NCBI RefSeq assembly: GCF_902459465.1
Contig: NC_047071.1
Location: forward strand, 3,596,001-3,660,000
Origin: Asterias rubens
Taxonomy: Eukaryota
Reading direction: 5' to 3'
DNA: 64,000 bases
Shown: positions 23,385 through 36,352 of the stretch, piece after piece
Layout: each line of letters opens with the position of its first letter
How positions within the stretch are numbered: position 1 is the first letter of the stretch
The notes under the pieces: model-generated
What the model saw: the letters and a program-made list of their open reading frames with translations, nothing else
Databases searched by the model: none
Told to the model about the DNA's origin: nothing
Position numbers and translations under genes: made by a program

Positions 23385-26300
23385 ATGAGTAAGAAAAAGA
23401 GTCGCAGTCATGCGTCAGTCAGCAACATCCCAGACGTGTTGGAGTCTAGGGAGATCTTCTTCACCAATTTATTGCTTCTTGGATTTGAACCTCAAGAAGC
23501 TGAGAGGCGACATAAAATTCCATTCAACAGGTTTGTAAACATTTCAGGAAACTGTTTTGAAAGTTGAGTCATGGATTTTTAGCAAAAATCATAATCTGCA
23601 GCAAAAATCATGATCTTCTTGAACCAAGTACTCTTTAGTTTTAAATAATAAATGGCAAATTAGAAGAGGGTCAAAAAAGAGACACATTGTCTCTTACATC
23701 TGTATGTTTATTATTTATAGTTTTTTTTATTGAAAGTGTTTGTAGTCAGATGGTAAACATTTATAATCTGTGAACCATTTTTAAAGTTGACCTTTTTCAG
23801 AGACAGGCCAAGATGAAATACTAATAACTCTCACTCATTTCTCTTTCAAAGAGTTAAGTATAAACTGTGCCTCATTATTTTCAAGATATTACAAGGTGAT
23901 GCCCCAGCATATTTAAGTGATCTTGTGCAGATATACACCCCAGGACATCGTGGCTTACGGTCTACAAAACACAAACTCCTCCAGGAAAAAAACAACTAAA
24001 CATGTATGGGGGGAGAGAAGTTTTCAGAGCGCAGCACCAAAGCTTTGGAACTCCTTCCCGGACACTGTAAAACTATCCAAATCACTCAACACATTCAAGA
24101 ACAGTTTAAAAACTCATTTTCATAGAGAAGCTTTTTGTTAAGTTTATTTTCTTATTTTTGTTGTTTGCTACTTTCATTGCTTGTTGTTCTTTTGTAGAGT
24201 AGCGCCGCTTGCGGCGGANNNNNNNNNNNNNNNNNNNNNNNNNNNNNNNNNNNNNNNNNNNNNNNNNNNNNNNNNNNNNNNNNNNNNNNNNNNNNNNNNN
24301 NNNNNNNNNNNNNNNNNNNNNNNNNNNNNNNNNNNNNNNNNNNNNNNNNNNNNNNNNNNNNNNNNNNNNNNNNNNNNNNNNNNNNNNNNNNNNNNNNNNN
24401 NNNNNNGCTCTTCCAAACAAGAAAGCATTTGAAGTTGTCATGCATTTCTTGTTTGATCGACTAAATCCAGCCATGGCTCATGAAAAATTCAGGTCAGTAT
24501 CAAAAACAAATCAATCAAATAAATCATCCAACGTGTCGGACAAAAAACCTAACACAATTTTATTTATTTTCTCACTAACACTTGATCAGAAAGCTGATCG
24601 TATCCAAACTTAAGTGACACTCAAAACTTGTTTGTGTGTGTTGTCATCATATGTTTAAATTTTCTTATAAAGAAAGACAAGTTCTCCGAAGAACATAAAC
24701 ACTACCCAGCTAGTAAACCTACAAAATGCACATGGTAGTAAACCTACATATCTATTGACATGGTGTTTTATTCATTCATCCATTTGATAATTTCTTCTTG
24801 TTTTTCGTAATGCGTTTTCTGGATTGCAGAGATTGTTGGCCGATCTTTGATAAGAAACAGGAACAGGCATTCAGAAAAGCTGTAAGCAATCAACTCTCTG
24901 AGATTTCTGCTGTAAGTATAAAAGAAATAATTTTTGGTTGAACACTAAACAATTTACCCAAGTGCACTGAAGTGAGGTTTAAACCTGTGACCCCAGTAAA
25001 GCCAGGGATCACACCCAAGTTTGTGATACAACCTGTGAAGCAGAGGGATCAGCTGAAGGCACTTTGACTGGCACGCCCAAACAAGACAAAATAAGGAGAC
25101 CACCATCATTAGGGCTAGATGGCTCAGTTGAGAGAGAGCTAACTCAGCCCGGATGTTGCAGGTTCAAACCCCATTCTCAGAAATGTTTCTTAGTTTCAGT
25201 CCCAAAGTAACATGAGAACTTTTCAATGTTAAGGCGTGATGATCAGGTTTGTTCAAATTGGAATATAATTTGATTGTTTTCTTTGTATTGTTTGCATCTT
25301 TAGGAGGATCCAGTAGCCAATCTACCCCGCATCGTACCATCCTTGTTCATGTCTCCGGGTGGTGATAGGTTCTACTTCCTCCTGTTACATTTCTCTCAGT
25401 ATGTCCTCTATAAAGTCATCAGACAGGAAAACAGTAAGAACATTATTTATGCTCAAGTATTTCGGGTTTTGTTTCAGTAAACACGTAAATTGTTAGCTCA
25501 TGAAATGCAATCGGGCATTTTTACTTTATTTGGTTAGTGAGATTGCTGCTAAGATAGCCTGGCTTTGCCTGCTAAGCTAGTAGGGCTATGCCTGCTAAGC
25601 AAGGTAGGCTTTGCCTACTGTATCTTGTTAAGGTTTTACAGTTTTAAAATTTGAAATACTGTTGGATTGGATTAGTCTTAGTATGAGAAGTGCTTCTTGT
25701 TGAAACTACACGGGGTCAGTTAAAATACATAAATTAAACTTGGTAAGATAGAGTACCAGTTGAAACAAGTACCACAGAGTAAACAGAAGGCTTTAAAACA
25801 AACAAACATGCAGAACTCTACGAGTGACAATCAGTACTACAAGGGTCAAGTGAGAAAAAAATAAACTGATTTCTTTCGCAGGTAAGAGAGAGCGAGACAT
25901 GCTACAGAGACCTAAGTTACTACCGTCAGTCTCTCATCTAGGGCATATCATGCTCAAGACGACCCAATCAGCTACTGTGAGACATAGAAAGAGATTCCTA
26001 GAGAGAGCTCAACTCATGGTACTACTGCATAGAGAGTGGAAACAATATGCAAAGTAAGATCTAGGTTATATGCAAAAGAGACAATTCTTCGTTCCGGATA
26101 AGCTAATAATAATAATAACGTCATTTATAGAGCACTCTTACACTGGGTACCACAGCGCTTTACAAAAAAAACTATACAACAAGCAAATAAATAAAGGCAC
26201 TAATAATGGGAAAGACAATTATCAACCATTGAAAGGGAAAGTTTGGAAAACTTCAAGTGACTATGCCAAACGAATTTGATGGGGGAGACAGTTCCAAAGG

Positions 26301-29300
26301 CTCGGGGCATGTGCATACAATGCACAATCCCAAGCAGCAGAGTGCACCTAGGGAAAAATGCCAAGAGTGTACTGTCTACATAAAGTATTTGTTGGGGAAA
26401 GGGTCATTTTTTATTTGTGGGGTGGGGCTTATATTTATTGGCAATAGATGTTTAGTTGGGCAGAAGAATCTTAACTTATATTGAAGATAATTTTAAGATG
26501 ATTGAGTAACCTTGATGTTATAACAGTGAGCTTGTGAAGGAGCACAGACAGTTATCTAAGCAGCTACGTGATATTGAACATGAGATCCGAGATTGCCAAG
26601 CTGCGTCCTACGATCAAGCCAAGGCTAGGGGAAGTCCAGTTACTATGAGACGTAGATCGGGTGGGATGACGACCGGAGAACAAGATATGCATGCTGTCAA
26701 ACGGACTCAGAAGATTCAAAAGGTAAGATTGGTTCCCATCATCAGAATGAGATATTGCTTAGCATCACAATCACAGAGCTGAACGGCCACTTCAAGGTTA
26801 GGGCGAGACTGAACTGATTTGGGCTATTGGCCCTTGAAATCAACTGTCAACAGGGACACGCTCCCGCCTACTCCTTGGGCTGCCCCAACAGTCCGTAAGG
26901 ATGGAAGCATGGGTATCATCCACTAGGAGCCTGGCTGGTACAGCAAAATGCTCTAACTTCCCAACATTGATTAGTATTTTGTAAAATTTGTATCTGTGAT
27001 TGTACCTAGGTGTTGCTAATTTAACATTTTAACTTTGTAAGGAAATTAACCAAATATTTATCCAAATCCTATGATAGCTAAGAGAACTTTGGAAAACTGT
27101 GGATTCGTTCTATGTCACCCAGTCAGCAGAGAGAGATGTAGTGACCTCAGTCTTACAAGAGGTTGAAAATAAATACCGTCTAGATGCAGGAGAGATTAAT
27201 GTCCAAGTCCCAGAGATGTTGCTTCGAGAATGTCAACAAGAACTCCAGAGGGTAAGAGTAAATGTTTCATTCTCAACAAATATTGTAAAATCGGCCTTTT
27301 TCTATTTTGATGAGATACTCCAAGGAGAAAGTTTCCATATCTGTTTAGTTTCATTTGGTTGTCAATGAAACAATCGACAAAAACAGGATTGATGCAGGAT
27401 TTCACAGGAACAGAACACAATAATAAATACTACAATAACAACATTAGGCATGAAGCCAAGACTTGTCATGGCTTGCCCTTACTAATAACAAACAACTTAT
27501 TCTTGATCCTAATTATGAACTTCAAAGACAAAGCAGACAGGAGTTACAGAGAAAAATGAAGGTAACTTTATTCCATGTTGGTTTTTTCTTTCCAGCGTAA
27601 TGTTGGGAATACTTACGAAGGCGGTCAACTTAATCTAGTCACGCTGATCCAGCTCTGGAACCTCTCACTTCATCTCTACTTGGAGAAAATCCATCAAGGT
27701 GGGTTCTGGTTAAGACTTAATTGCCGAATTGAGTCAAGTATACTTTAAAAAGAGTGAATACTTTACACAGCAAAACAAATAATAATGGAACTAAAATGTA
27801 TGTGAAAAGCTCTGGAACCTCTCACTTCATCTCTACTTGGAGAAAATCCATCAAGGTGGGTTCTGGTTAAGACTTAATTGCCGAATTGAGTCAAGTATAC
27901 TTTAAAAAGAGTGAATACTTTACACAGCAAAACAAATAATAATGGAACTAAAATGTATGTATGCTCTTTAGCAAACCTATGTACATGCATCAGCCAATAG
28001 TGCAATCTTCATCAGTTGAACGAGAGGATGTCTTCAGCCGACGCCTTCTCGGGAAAAATCTTCATCTACACCTTGAACCGTTAACATAAAGAATTGATTT
28101 TCAAAATGTACTATTTACTTATCTTTTGTCCTCAGCACCAATGCCAAGATTTGAGGAGTATTCTTCTGAGTTAGTAACCCAAGTTCACACTCATCATGCA
28201 CACCTTGCCAATACACAGGCTGTTAGGTAAAGCACTTTCTTCTACTCAAAGCCGTGATAAGTTACTCTATCACCTAGCTATATGAATATTTATATATTTT
28301 TTCTCCACTGTAAAATGCTTGGACTTCTTTTGCAATATTGCAACAACATATAGGAGCAGCGTGGTTTCGTGCTTGGCTTGTTACTTGCACATGAATCATA
28401 GGTTTAGTGTTTAAAACTACAATGAACATCCAGCAGGGTGGATATGTGCCCATTAAGAGTCGTCTTATTATTATTGAACTTATTATTATTATCCCCTGAA
28501 TGAGACACTGAATCTGCACAACCATTTACTTAAGCTGAACTGTGTAAACTTCCTTGAGAATTGATAACTATGTATCTTAGTGTGAGGCTCTTTGTCTAAT
28601 ATCACCATACTCTCTCCTTCCCTGTCTTTGATACTTACAGATCCACATTAATCAATGAATTATTACCAGAGCTGAAGACATCAGTTAGTCAACTTCGTAA
28701 GAAAGTCAGCGAAGGGAAAACACCCAGCAGGAAAGATACACTCAAGTCTTTTCAGCTCAGTGTAAGTTACAAACAGTTCATTTCCCCTAATCTAATCCTT
28801 GCAAATTATGATTGGAAAAGAATTAACAATAATTGGTTTGTATTAGTTGTTTTTTACCCATACACCGATGTGTGTTAGCACTATATACTCGGTACTTTCC
28901 AAGTCCTGTGAAAAAATATCACAGGCATGTTACTCGGGTGGGATTCAAACCCACGACCCTTGCAATTCTAGAGCAGTGTCTTACCAACTAGACTACCGAG
29001 GTTGGTTTGTTGCTTGTTGTTATTGTTGTTATTGAGGTATGAATCATACCCCCTCTCTATAATGAGACATGACATCACAGCAGACAGACCTTCTGTTTAC
29101 TTAGCATTCTTAGAATTCTTTGATTTGCCGCATAAAACTCATCACATAAGACATGACTTCAAACAAAACAAACTGTACACTAGGATAGATTTTTCCTTAA
29201 CTGATTCTATCAGATTACCTGTTTGTCAATTCAAAGCCAGGATTTGAAACTTTGCATTGTGGAAGTATAACTAAGAGAGGTTTTGCAGTAACACCATGTG

Positions 29301-32300
29301 ACTATCTCTATTGATTAGTGTTGGTTCTACTATTCAAAAGAGATTTTCACATGGTGTTACCGCAAACCTCTCTTAGTAACCCAAAGCCACTTGAGATGTT
29401 CTTAGTCTTTAGGTCTAGACTTACTGTCCCCTACTCCACCCGTCTCATTTGAACCTGCCGCTGTGAGGTCTCAAGATGAAACGCCTACAAGACTACCTGC
29501 TGCAGGATCTCTCAAGATAACCTGTTTGATAACCACTTGAGATGTTCTTAGTCTTTAGGTCTAGACTTACTGCCCCCTACTCCACCCGTCTCATTTGAAC
29601 CTGCCGCTGTGAGGTCTCAAGATGAAACGCCTACAAGACTACCTGCTGCAGGATCTCTCAAGATAAATACATCTACAGGTAGTTATTTTGTTTTTGTCCG
29701 AGTCCTTTGTTTTACTTATTTTGGTCAGCACAAATAACATTATCAGTTAAACAATAATCATGTTTTAAGTATTGTAGTACATACATTTTCAATTTTTAAA
29801 GTGCAAGTTTTGACGTATTATTATTGTTACTCTGGAATCTTTCACATGTATTCAATTTCACATGCTTTTAAGAATAGCAGTTGTATTTATTCTGGTTGGG
29901 TTATCCTGTTAAAATTAAACCATAAATAACATTGAATTAAATTTGTGACTTTCCCACCAGATACTCCAGAGGCTGTGTCCATGTTAAGTGAAACCATCAA
30001 TAACGATGCGCTTAGACACGCTGGACTGATACAAGGAACACCAACAAGCATGCTTGGAGACCTAAGGAAACAGACCAATGGGTGAGACACGCCATGTAGC
30101 TATGCGTTTTTTTGATCTAGTCCCCTACCATGTCGGGGCAGTTGATCGGTCAGTTAGTCAGGTCAGGTCAGTTCAGTCAGGTCAGGTTGGTCTCGTCGCT
30201 TGGTCAGGTCAGTTGGTCAGTCAGGTCAGGTCAGGTAATGTTGACAATGTCAGGTCACGTCAGTCAGGTCAGTCGTTCAGGTCAGTTGTTCAAAGCAGGT
30301 ATAGGTCAGCAGAAATATCTACTTAACAACTTTCTCCTTAAAGGCAGTGGACACTATTGGTAATTGTCAAAGACTAGCCTTCACAGTTGGTGTATCTCAA
30401 CATATGAAATAACTAAGCTGTGAAAATTTGAGCTCAATCGGTCATCGAAGTTGCGAGATAGTAATGTAAGAAAAAAACACCCTTGTCACACGAAGTTGTG
30501 TGCGTTTAGATGGTTGATTTCGAGACCTGAAGTTCTAAATCTGAGGTCTTGAAATCAAATTCGTGGAAAATTACTTCTTTCTCAAAAACTATGGCACTTC
30601 AGAGGGAGCTGTTTCTCACAATGTTTTATACCATCAACCTCTCCCTATTACTCATCACCAAGAAAGGTTTTATGCTAATAATTATTTTTAGTAATTACCA
30701 ATAGTGTCCACTGCCTTTAACGAGAACTTAAGTAATATGTTGTGCGTGTATCATATTGTATTTTGGCTAGTAACCTTATTCTGAATGTTTGTTATTACAG
30801 CCCATCCAAGCTACCCATCCCTATAGGAACCACATACCCAGAGACCACCCACCACCGCAAGAGAGTTAAATCGGCACCATCTAAAGTGGTACCCACATCA
30901 ACCCATTCATCACTACATACCCCATTCAGGCACCTAGGTACCCAAGCAACTAATGCCACCCAGATCAATGGTACTGCATCCCATAAGAAGGGTGTGAGAG
31001 TGGGTAAGATGGAGCGGGATGTGACCCAGGGGTACAAGACACAACCTAGGAAGGGGGCTGAGAGTAGAGTCAGTAGAGGAATGACGGATCATAGGAAAGA
31101 GGACTTGATAGAGGAGAAACCATGGAGACGAAAGAAAACATCAAAAACAAAGGTTTGATGCCCTAATTAAAATATGTGGGAGTAATTCAATTCATTAGAT
31201 CAGAAATTTGTTCAGTCAAATTAATTTGTACGGCCCGAGTGCTTGAAATTTGTAATTTTTAGGTAACTAGCACAAATTTGATAAAATACTTTTTACAAAA
31301 AAAAACGTTTGATTTTTAAGAACATAAAAACAAATATGTAAGTTATTTAGGGTTACATTTTTGAAGAAATGTGCAGCCATTATGGAATTTTACAGGTTAG
31401 ATGTGTGATATGCCTTTTTGAAACTTAAGAATTTGAATGAATTCTTTAAAAAAAAAGTAATAGCTGTAACCCTAAAATTGTACTGCATTACTCTACCTTG
31501 AAGCAAAAAATTCTAACTGTGAGTTTATTTATTGATCAACTCTTTGACTCATCAGGTATCACGTCATGATGAAACATCCCAATCTCTATCATCACATACA
31601 CCAGTAGCTTCTACAATAAAGAGAGATGTCATGTCAAGCGCCTTGAGGCCTAAGACTACACCTAGAGCTCATCAATTACTTGTGGATCAGGTCAGAGGTC
31701 ATCCATATTCTAGTTTGATTAACATATTTTAATATAGATTAACATTAAAACTTACTTAGTAACAAGCAACTAAGACCTGTTGACAGTATAAAACATTGTG
31801 AGAAACAACTCCCCCTGAAGTAACATAGTTTTGGAGAAAGAGTAATTTCTCACTAAAATATTTGAATCTAAGAAAGACTTCAAGCCTGTGAAGCCTTTGA
31901 ATGCACACAGATTTTTGCAACAAGGGCATGTTTTCTTTGGTTATTTTCTTGCAATTTTGACGACCAATCGCGACCAAATTTTCACAGATTTGTTATGTTA
32001 TGCATATGTCGAGATACACCAAGTCAGAATACTGGTCTTTGACAATTACTTAGCGTGTGACTGTCCACTGTCCAGTGCCTTTAAGAACGGTTTCGTTCTT
32101 CATCCTTTTCTTCTTGCTTTGACAAATAGATTGCTGATGCAGTGACGGATGGAGGGAACATAACACCAGACTTCTTGGAAATGTTAAGGACTCAATCAAA
32201 AGAGAACACTCCTCTAGATTTGGCTCTTCAGGATCCCGTGGCAGGATTAGGTGAGTCAAGTTTCATCAAGTAGACTATTATGGTTTGTAAAATCTCAAGC

Positions 32301-34725
32301 ATGAGAAAAAGTTACAAGTATAGTTTGAGTACAGGTTTTGTTGAGTTTAATATGTTACAAAGAAATATGATTTCACACAAGGCCTGAAGGCCACTTCAAG
32401 GCGTGGGCTACAATCGTTTTTTTTCCAGAGGCCGTTGCCACCTACTCCTAGGGCTGAAACAGGTTACCCCGTTACAGTCCAAATGGATGTAGGCTTGGGT
32501 ATCATCAATCCAAAGCCTGACACGTAGAGCAAAAAGCACTATCTCTCACAAAATAGAGTATTATTGTTTGTCATTGTCTGTCTTATAACTTAATGGTGAA
32601 ATGAAAAGGCTTCAAGTACGCGCTAATCCTCAAATCAGATTCGCAGAATGGAGTGGTGATAAAAACTTATATTGCACCGCTAATATCACTACCTGCGTCT
32701 TGTGTGTTCTATGGTTACGCGACAAGTTTGCTTGAAGATAAAAACGTTATCACACGCGTGCAAGTTGAAATACGGAAAATGTAGTGCGTCTGCGTCCCAT
32801 ATGGAGCAGAAGCGCTATATTTTTCCGTTTTCCACTCGCGCTTGTGTGATAACTTACAATATTATATATATTTTTACTTCAGATCAAGAGGCTTTTATCA
32901 GCAAAGATAAGTTGGCGAGGACTCCTGTTTTAGATGAGAGTACACTTGGCACCCCAAGGTCAATGGATACCCCTCAAGACAGGCTCCCTAAAACACTCTT
33001 TGATTCAGACTCAAGCCCTGATGTCCCTACAAGCCAGAGGAGAGAACCTATGGGTGCTACAGATACACATGAGTCCCAAGAACAGAGCCCTGAGGGACAC
33101 AGCGTACACATTGGTAACCTTCTTGACCTGGGGTCACCTGAGACCCAAGGAGAGACGTCGTTCCTGCCATCAAATCGTCTCCAGAACCATCTTCTTGATC
33201 TTGATATTGAAGTATCACCAGATGATGACCAACGATCTTTCACTGATCATGAATTTGATTCCCCGTTGCTTGTAAGGAGGCCAGAACTCTCTGAGGATCT
33301 TGAGCTAACCCTAGCTGAAGTATTCCAGACCAGGACACCTCAGTTATCAACACGAGCAAAGACGAGGATTGCAGCTCACAAGCAGAAGGAACCACTTCCA
33401 AGTTTCAAAGAGGATGATGAAATGACTTCATCCACACATGGAACTCCACTAACACTTCACAGAGACACTGATATTATTGAAGGGCTAACCCCAAATTTAG
33501 ATGTGATACGTCAAGATAGGATTATGAGGCAGAAACAGACAAGAACTCAGCAACCACAGGCTCCGGATCCAACGCCCTCAGCTGAATTGAGTAGCAGTAA
33601 GGTTCGGCAAGTAAGTGGTGGCTCACAAAAGAGTGTGACTTTCTCTGATCATGTTGACCAGCAGAGCTTTAATATTAGTGACTTTAGCCCTGACCGGTCA
33701 AACGTTGATATGACGCCACCCAATGACCATGAATCAGTTGATGACCCTTATGTCCAGGCAGGACAGCCAAGGCCGAGTGGCTACTCAATCCTTGGAATGG
33801 CCAACAATGGATCAATTGAAGAACACCGAAGCCCAGAGAAAGCTACCAACACATTCCTGAGTGAAGTTTATCTTACACACTCCCCTCCCCCACAGGACAG
33901 ACCCAGTGAAGGCCTCTACGCAAGCCCTTTACAATCTGATCTTCTGTCAGATTCTGACCTAGGTCAGGATTATTCCATGAACCTCTCCAAGGCCTTGGAT
34001 GATCTCCTGGTTGCTATTTCTCCAGAAATCACTCCTTCTAGGACCCCAAAGCTCAATGCGAGACACTCCTCAAACTGGATGCAACAGCAGAGAAACTCTG
34101 TGACTCCACACAGGGATAAGAATAGTTCCTTGGTCGAACCTTCTTTGAATCAGACAGATGATTTCATCAAGATGACATCTGGAACTTCACCGCTGCTTCA
34201 AGAATTGTCCAATTTACATCTATCTAGAGTGTCTGGTACCCAGTCTTCTTTCACACCAAATCGGTATACACCTGATACCTCAATGAACTTTGGTCTGCTA
34301 GGTGAGTATTTTTGTTGTTGATTTGTTTGGAGAGGGAATGATAATGTGTATACCCAAACTACGACTCCTCATCAATTCCTAAAATCAGTCTTTCTAAAGC
34401 CGATAGAGTACCATGTGGAACAGTGTACGTATGTTACTAAAAAAAGTTGCTTTACAATTCAAACACTGGACTTGTCATTTCTGTAATTTAATTTGGAAAC
34501 AATCAATCTGTTTAGTAAATTGCAGATATTTTGAACTGTAAGAGGCTCAGTTGTCCCCTTGATGTGCTTCGTGAGCATTAATAGCAATCATGAGACAGTT
34601 TGCTCGATTTAAAAAATGTTTTCTTTCTTGTCTCCAATACAGATGAAGATGATTCTATTTTGCTTCCAACCTCGCCAGCTCTTGGTCAAGGAATCCTAGT
34701 GGACATTGATTCTCCTTCAATGTAG
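23385..34725 (+). CDS. HAUS6: HAUS augmin-like complex subunit 6; one exon partly hidden by the N gap
   Basis: Exons 23385-23530 (FTNLLLLGFEP), <24407-24492 (PNKKAFEVVMHFLF), 24830-24911 (DCWPIFDKKQEQAFRK), 25304-25433, 25882-26053, 26527-26722, 27078-27251, 27596-27698, 28136-28226, 28641-28761, 29552-29678 (LDLLPPTP), 29961-30081, 30801-31152, 31556-31690, 32130-32250, 32883-34301 (AFISKDKLARTP, long S/T/P-rich tail), 34643-34725. Phases are consistent. Confidence 0.92.
23860..24219 (+). mobile_element. L2-type LINE 3' fragment next to the assembly gap
   Basis: APAYLSDL, WGERSFQSAAPKLWNSFPDTVK..FKNSLKTHF. Confidence 0.75.
24220..24406. other. Assembly gap (N run) hiding a HAUS6 acceptor and exon start
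   Basis: A run of Ns, after which HAUS6 coding sequence resumes mid-exon. Confidence 0.99.
27651..27960 (+). repeat. 157-bp tandem duplication of a HAUS6 exon 3' end and donor
   Basis: Copies start at 27651 and 27808. Confidence 0.95.
28845..29000 (-). mobile_element. tRNA-derived SINE (second family)
   Basis: The reverse strand has an A-box-like TAGTCTAGTTGG and a B-box-like GGGTTTGAATCCC. It does not fold into a full cloverleaf. Confidence 0.7.
29273..29378. mobile_element. ~105-bp MITE
   Basis: ACTAAGAGAGGTTTTGCAGTAACACCATGTGA ... TCACATGGTGTTACCGCAAACCTCTCTTAGT. Relatives at ~10693-10790 and ~7150. Confidence 0.8.
29388..29666 (+). repeat. 146-bp tandem duplication of a HAUS6 acceptor and most of an exon
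   Basis: Copies start at ~29388 and ~29534. They differ at one codon (TCC vs CCC). Confidence 0.95.
30138..30290. repeat. Degenerate (GGTCA/GTCAG)n simple repeat
   Basis: Visible low-complexity array. Confidence 0.85.
30338..30720 (+). mobile_element. K1 MITE copy
   Basis: Same TIRs and body, with TTAA on both sides. Confidence 0.9.
31745..32084 (-). mobile_element. Diverged K1-related MITE
   Basis: Reverse-oriented similarity, ending GTCTTTGACAATTAC...GTCCAGTGCCTTTAA. Confidence 0.65.
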
Positions 34726-36352
34726 CTATGACTGGATGGGTCAATCAATCCCATTTATTGGAGCTTTATTCAACCAATCTCATTTGTGGTAACGATGTTG
34801 ATATTCAGCCTGGCTGTTACTCATTCTTATCCAGATTCACCTTTGACCTCTGTTGGTGTCACACTTGATTACATTGTTATAGTAACACCACTCCCTAGTG
34901 AATCAATTCAACTATTGGGAGTTTGATTGACATTTGATTGTCTTTATCATGTGATACCATTCAATAGAGATGTTATCATTTCTTGGGAGCTTTTTTTGGC
35001 CTTTGTATTGGCGTCCTGTGCGGACATTTCAAGACATATCAACTGTTTTATAATTGCACATACACTATAATATACAAAAGCATGTAAGTAGCTGCAGTTA
35101 AACAAATAACTCTATGCAACTTTGACACCAAATAATTACACGAGTCGGTATGTCTGAAGCAAGTTATTTCGACTTGACTTTATTCATCAGTAATTCAATT
35201 GAAAGCGTTTTATGTGATCACCTTCACACTTATTTTAATTTGTCAATATTTTATTAAATTTGTGGTGAGTTTGTTTATGCATGCAATGCATTGTTTTAAT
35301 AATAAGTGACTTATGACAAATCTACACAGAGTTAATATGTGCTGATAGAATGTGAGAGTGCAAATCTGTACACATTTATTTTGTACAATAATGTACATGT
35401 ACACATCATTCGTTTGGTGCTTGTTAGTTTATTAGTGAGCTCGAGTTCATTTAGTTTTTAAGCAGGCATTTAATTTCATTAATGCTCTTTTTCCTATGTA
35501 GTCACAAAAAAATGCCAAAACCTGGTAATGAATTTTGGATATTTAGTTACATCAACTGCAGTAGTAAAAGCAATTTATTTATCCTCGGCAAAATAGTTCT
35601 GTGAACACTTGGACCAAATTTGAAAAAAGCTATTTAGCAGTAAAGAATTGCTTTACACTTTAATTTCAGCAAAGTAAGGCTATAGGTAAGATCTGTTAAG
35701 TTTATCAAACGTAATGCCTAACAGTTGTATGTGCGACAACGTAGATTTTAGCAGCTCCATGAGCCATCGTTTTGTTGATATGGTGGACGCAATCCTATGA
35801 CCTTTTGAGGTTTTTCTTATATACACATAAACCAAACAGCGCACCTGTAGTGTCCATCATATCTCAAAAAGGTTACTGATTTAGCGTTGAATCGTAGAGG
35901 AAAGACTTCTCCCCCATGGTTAAACACAACTGCTGTCAAACTAAATTGTATTTGATTGGAAGTGCAGGGTATTTTTGAAATATCATTAGTAAAAAAAAAA
36001 AAATGATAAGTTTTCAAAAACAAACCAAACTTAGGAAAGTGACATTTCAGAGACTCTGATAACTAGGAATTATTTTAAAATGGTTGAATGTGTCTAACTG
36101 AAAACCACAGAATTATTCCATATTTTCTTTTCTCCAGAGTAGTAATTTAACTTTGTACTTCTCAGTTGAGTGTAAAATAATTTCATAAGTGTGGATTGAT
36201 TTAATATAGTATGGCCAAACTGAAAACTGAATTTGAAATAAATGAGTTTTTACGCTTGCATTAAGTTTGTAAATGATAACAGATGATTTTGTTTCAAATT
36301 TTTATAATCCATTCTGGAATTAAGACAGTGTCCATGTTTGTTTTCTTGTCAT

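Noticed and set aside
24106-24613. ORFs with poly-X
   Set aside because: Artefacts of the N gap. Only the HAUS6 part after 24407 is coding.
25113-25180. tRNA gene
   Set aside because: Only degenerate A/B-box-like pieces are present with no complete cloverleaf. Probably a SINE head remnant.
32702-32882. N-terminal 60 aa of the 539-aa ORF
   Set aside because: This is intronic repeat sequence upstream of the real acceptor at 32882. The rest is a HAUS6 exon.
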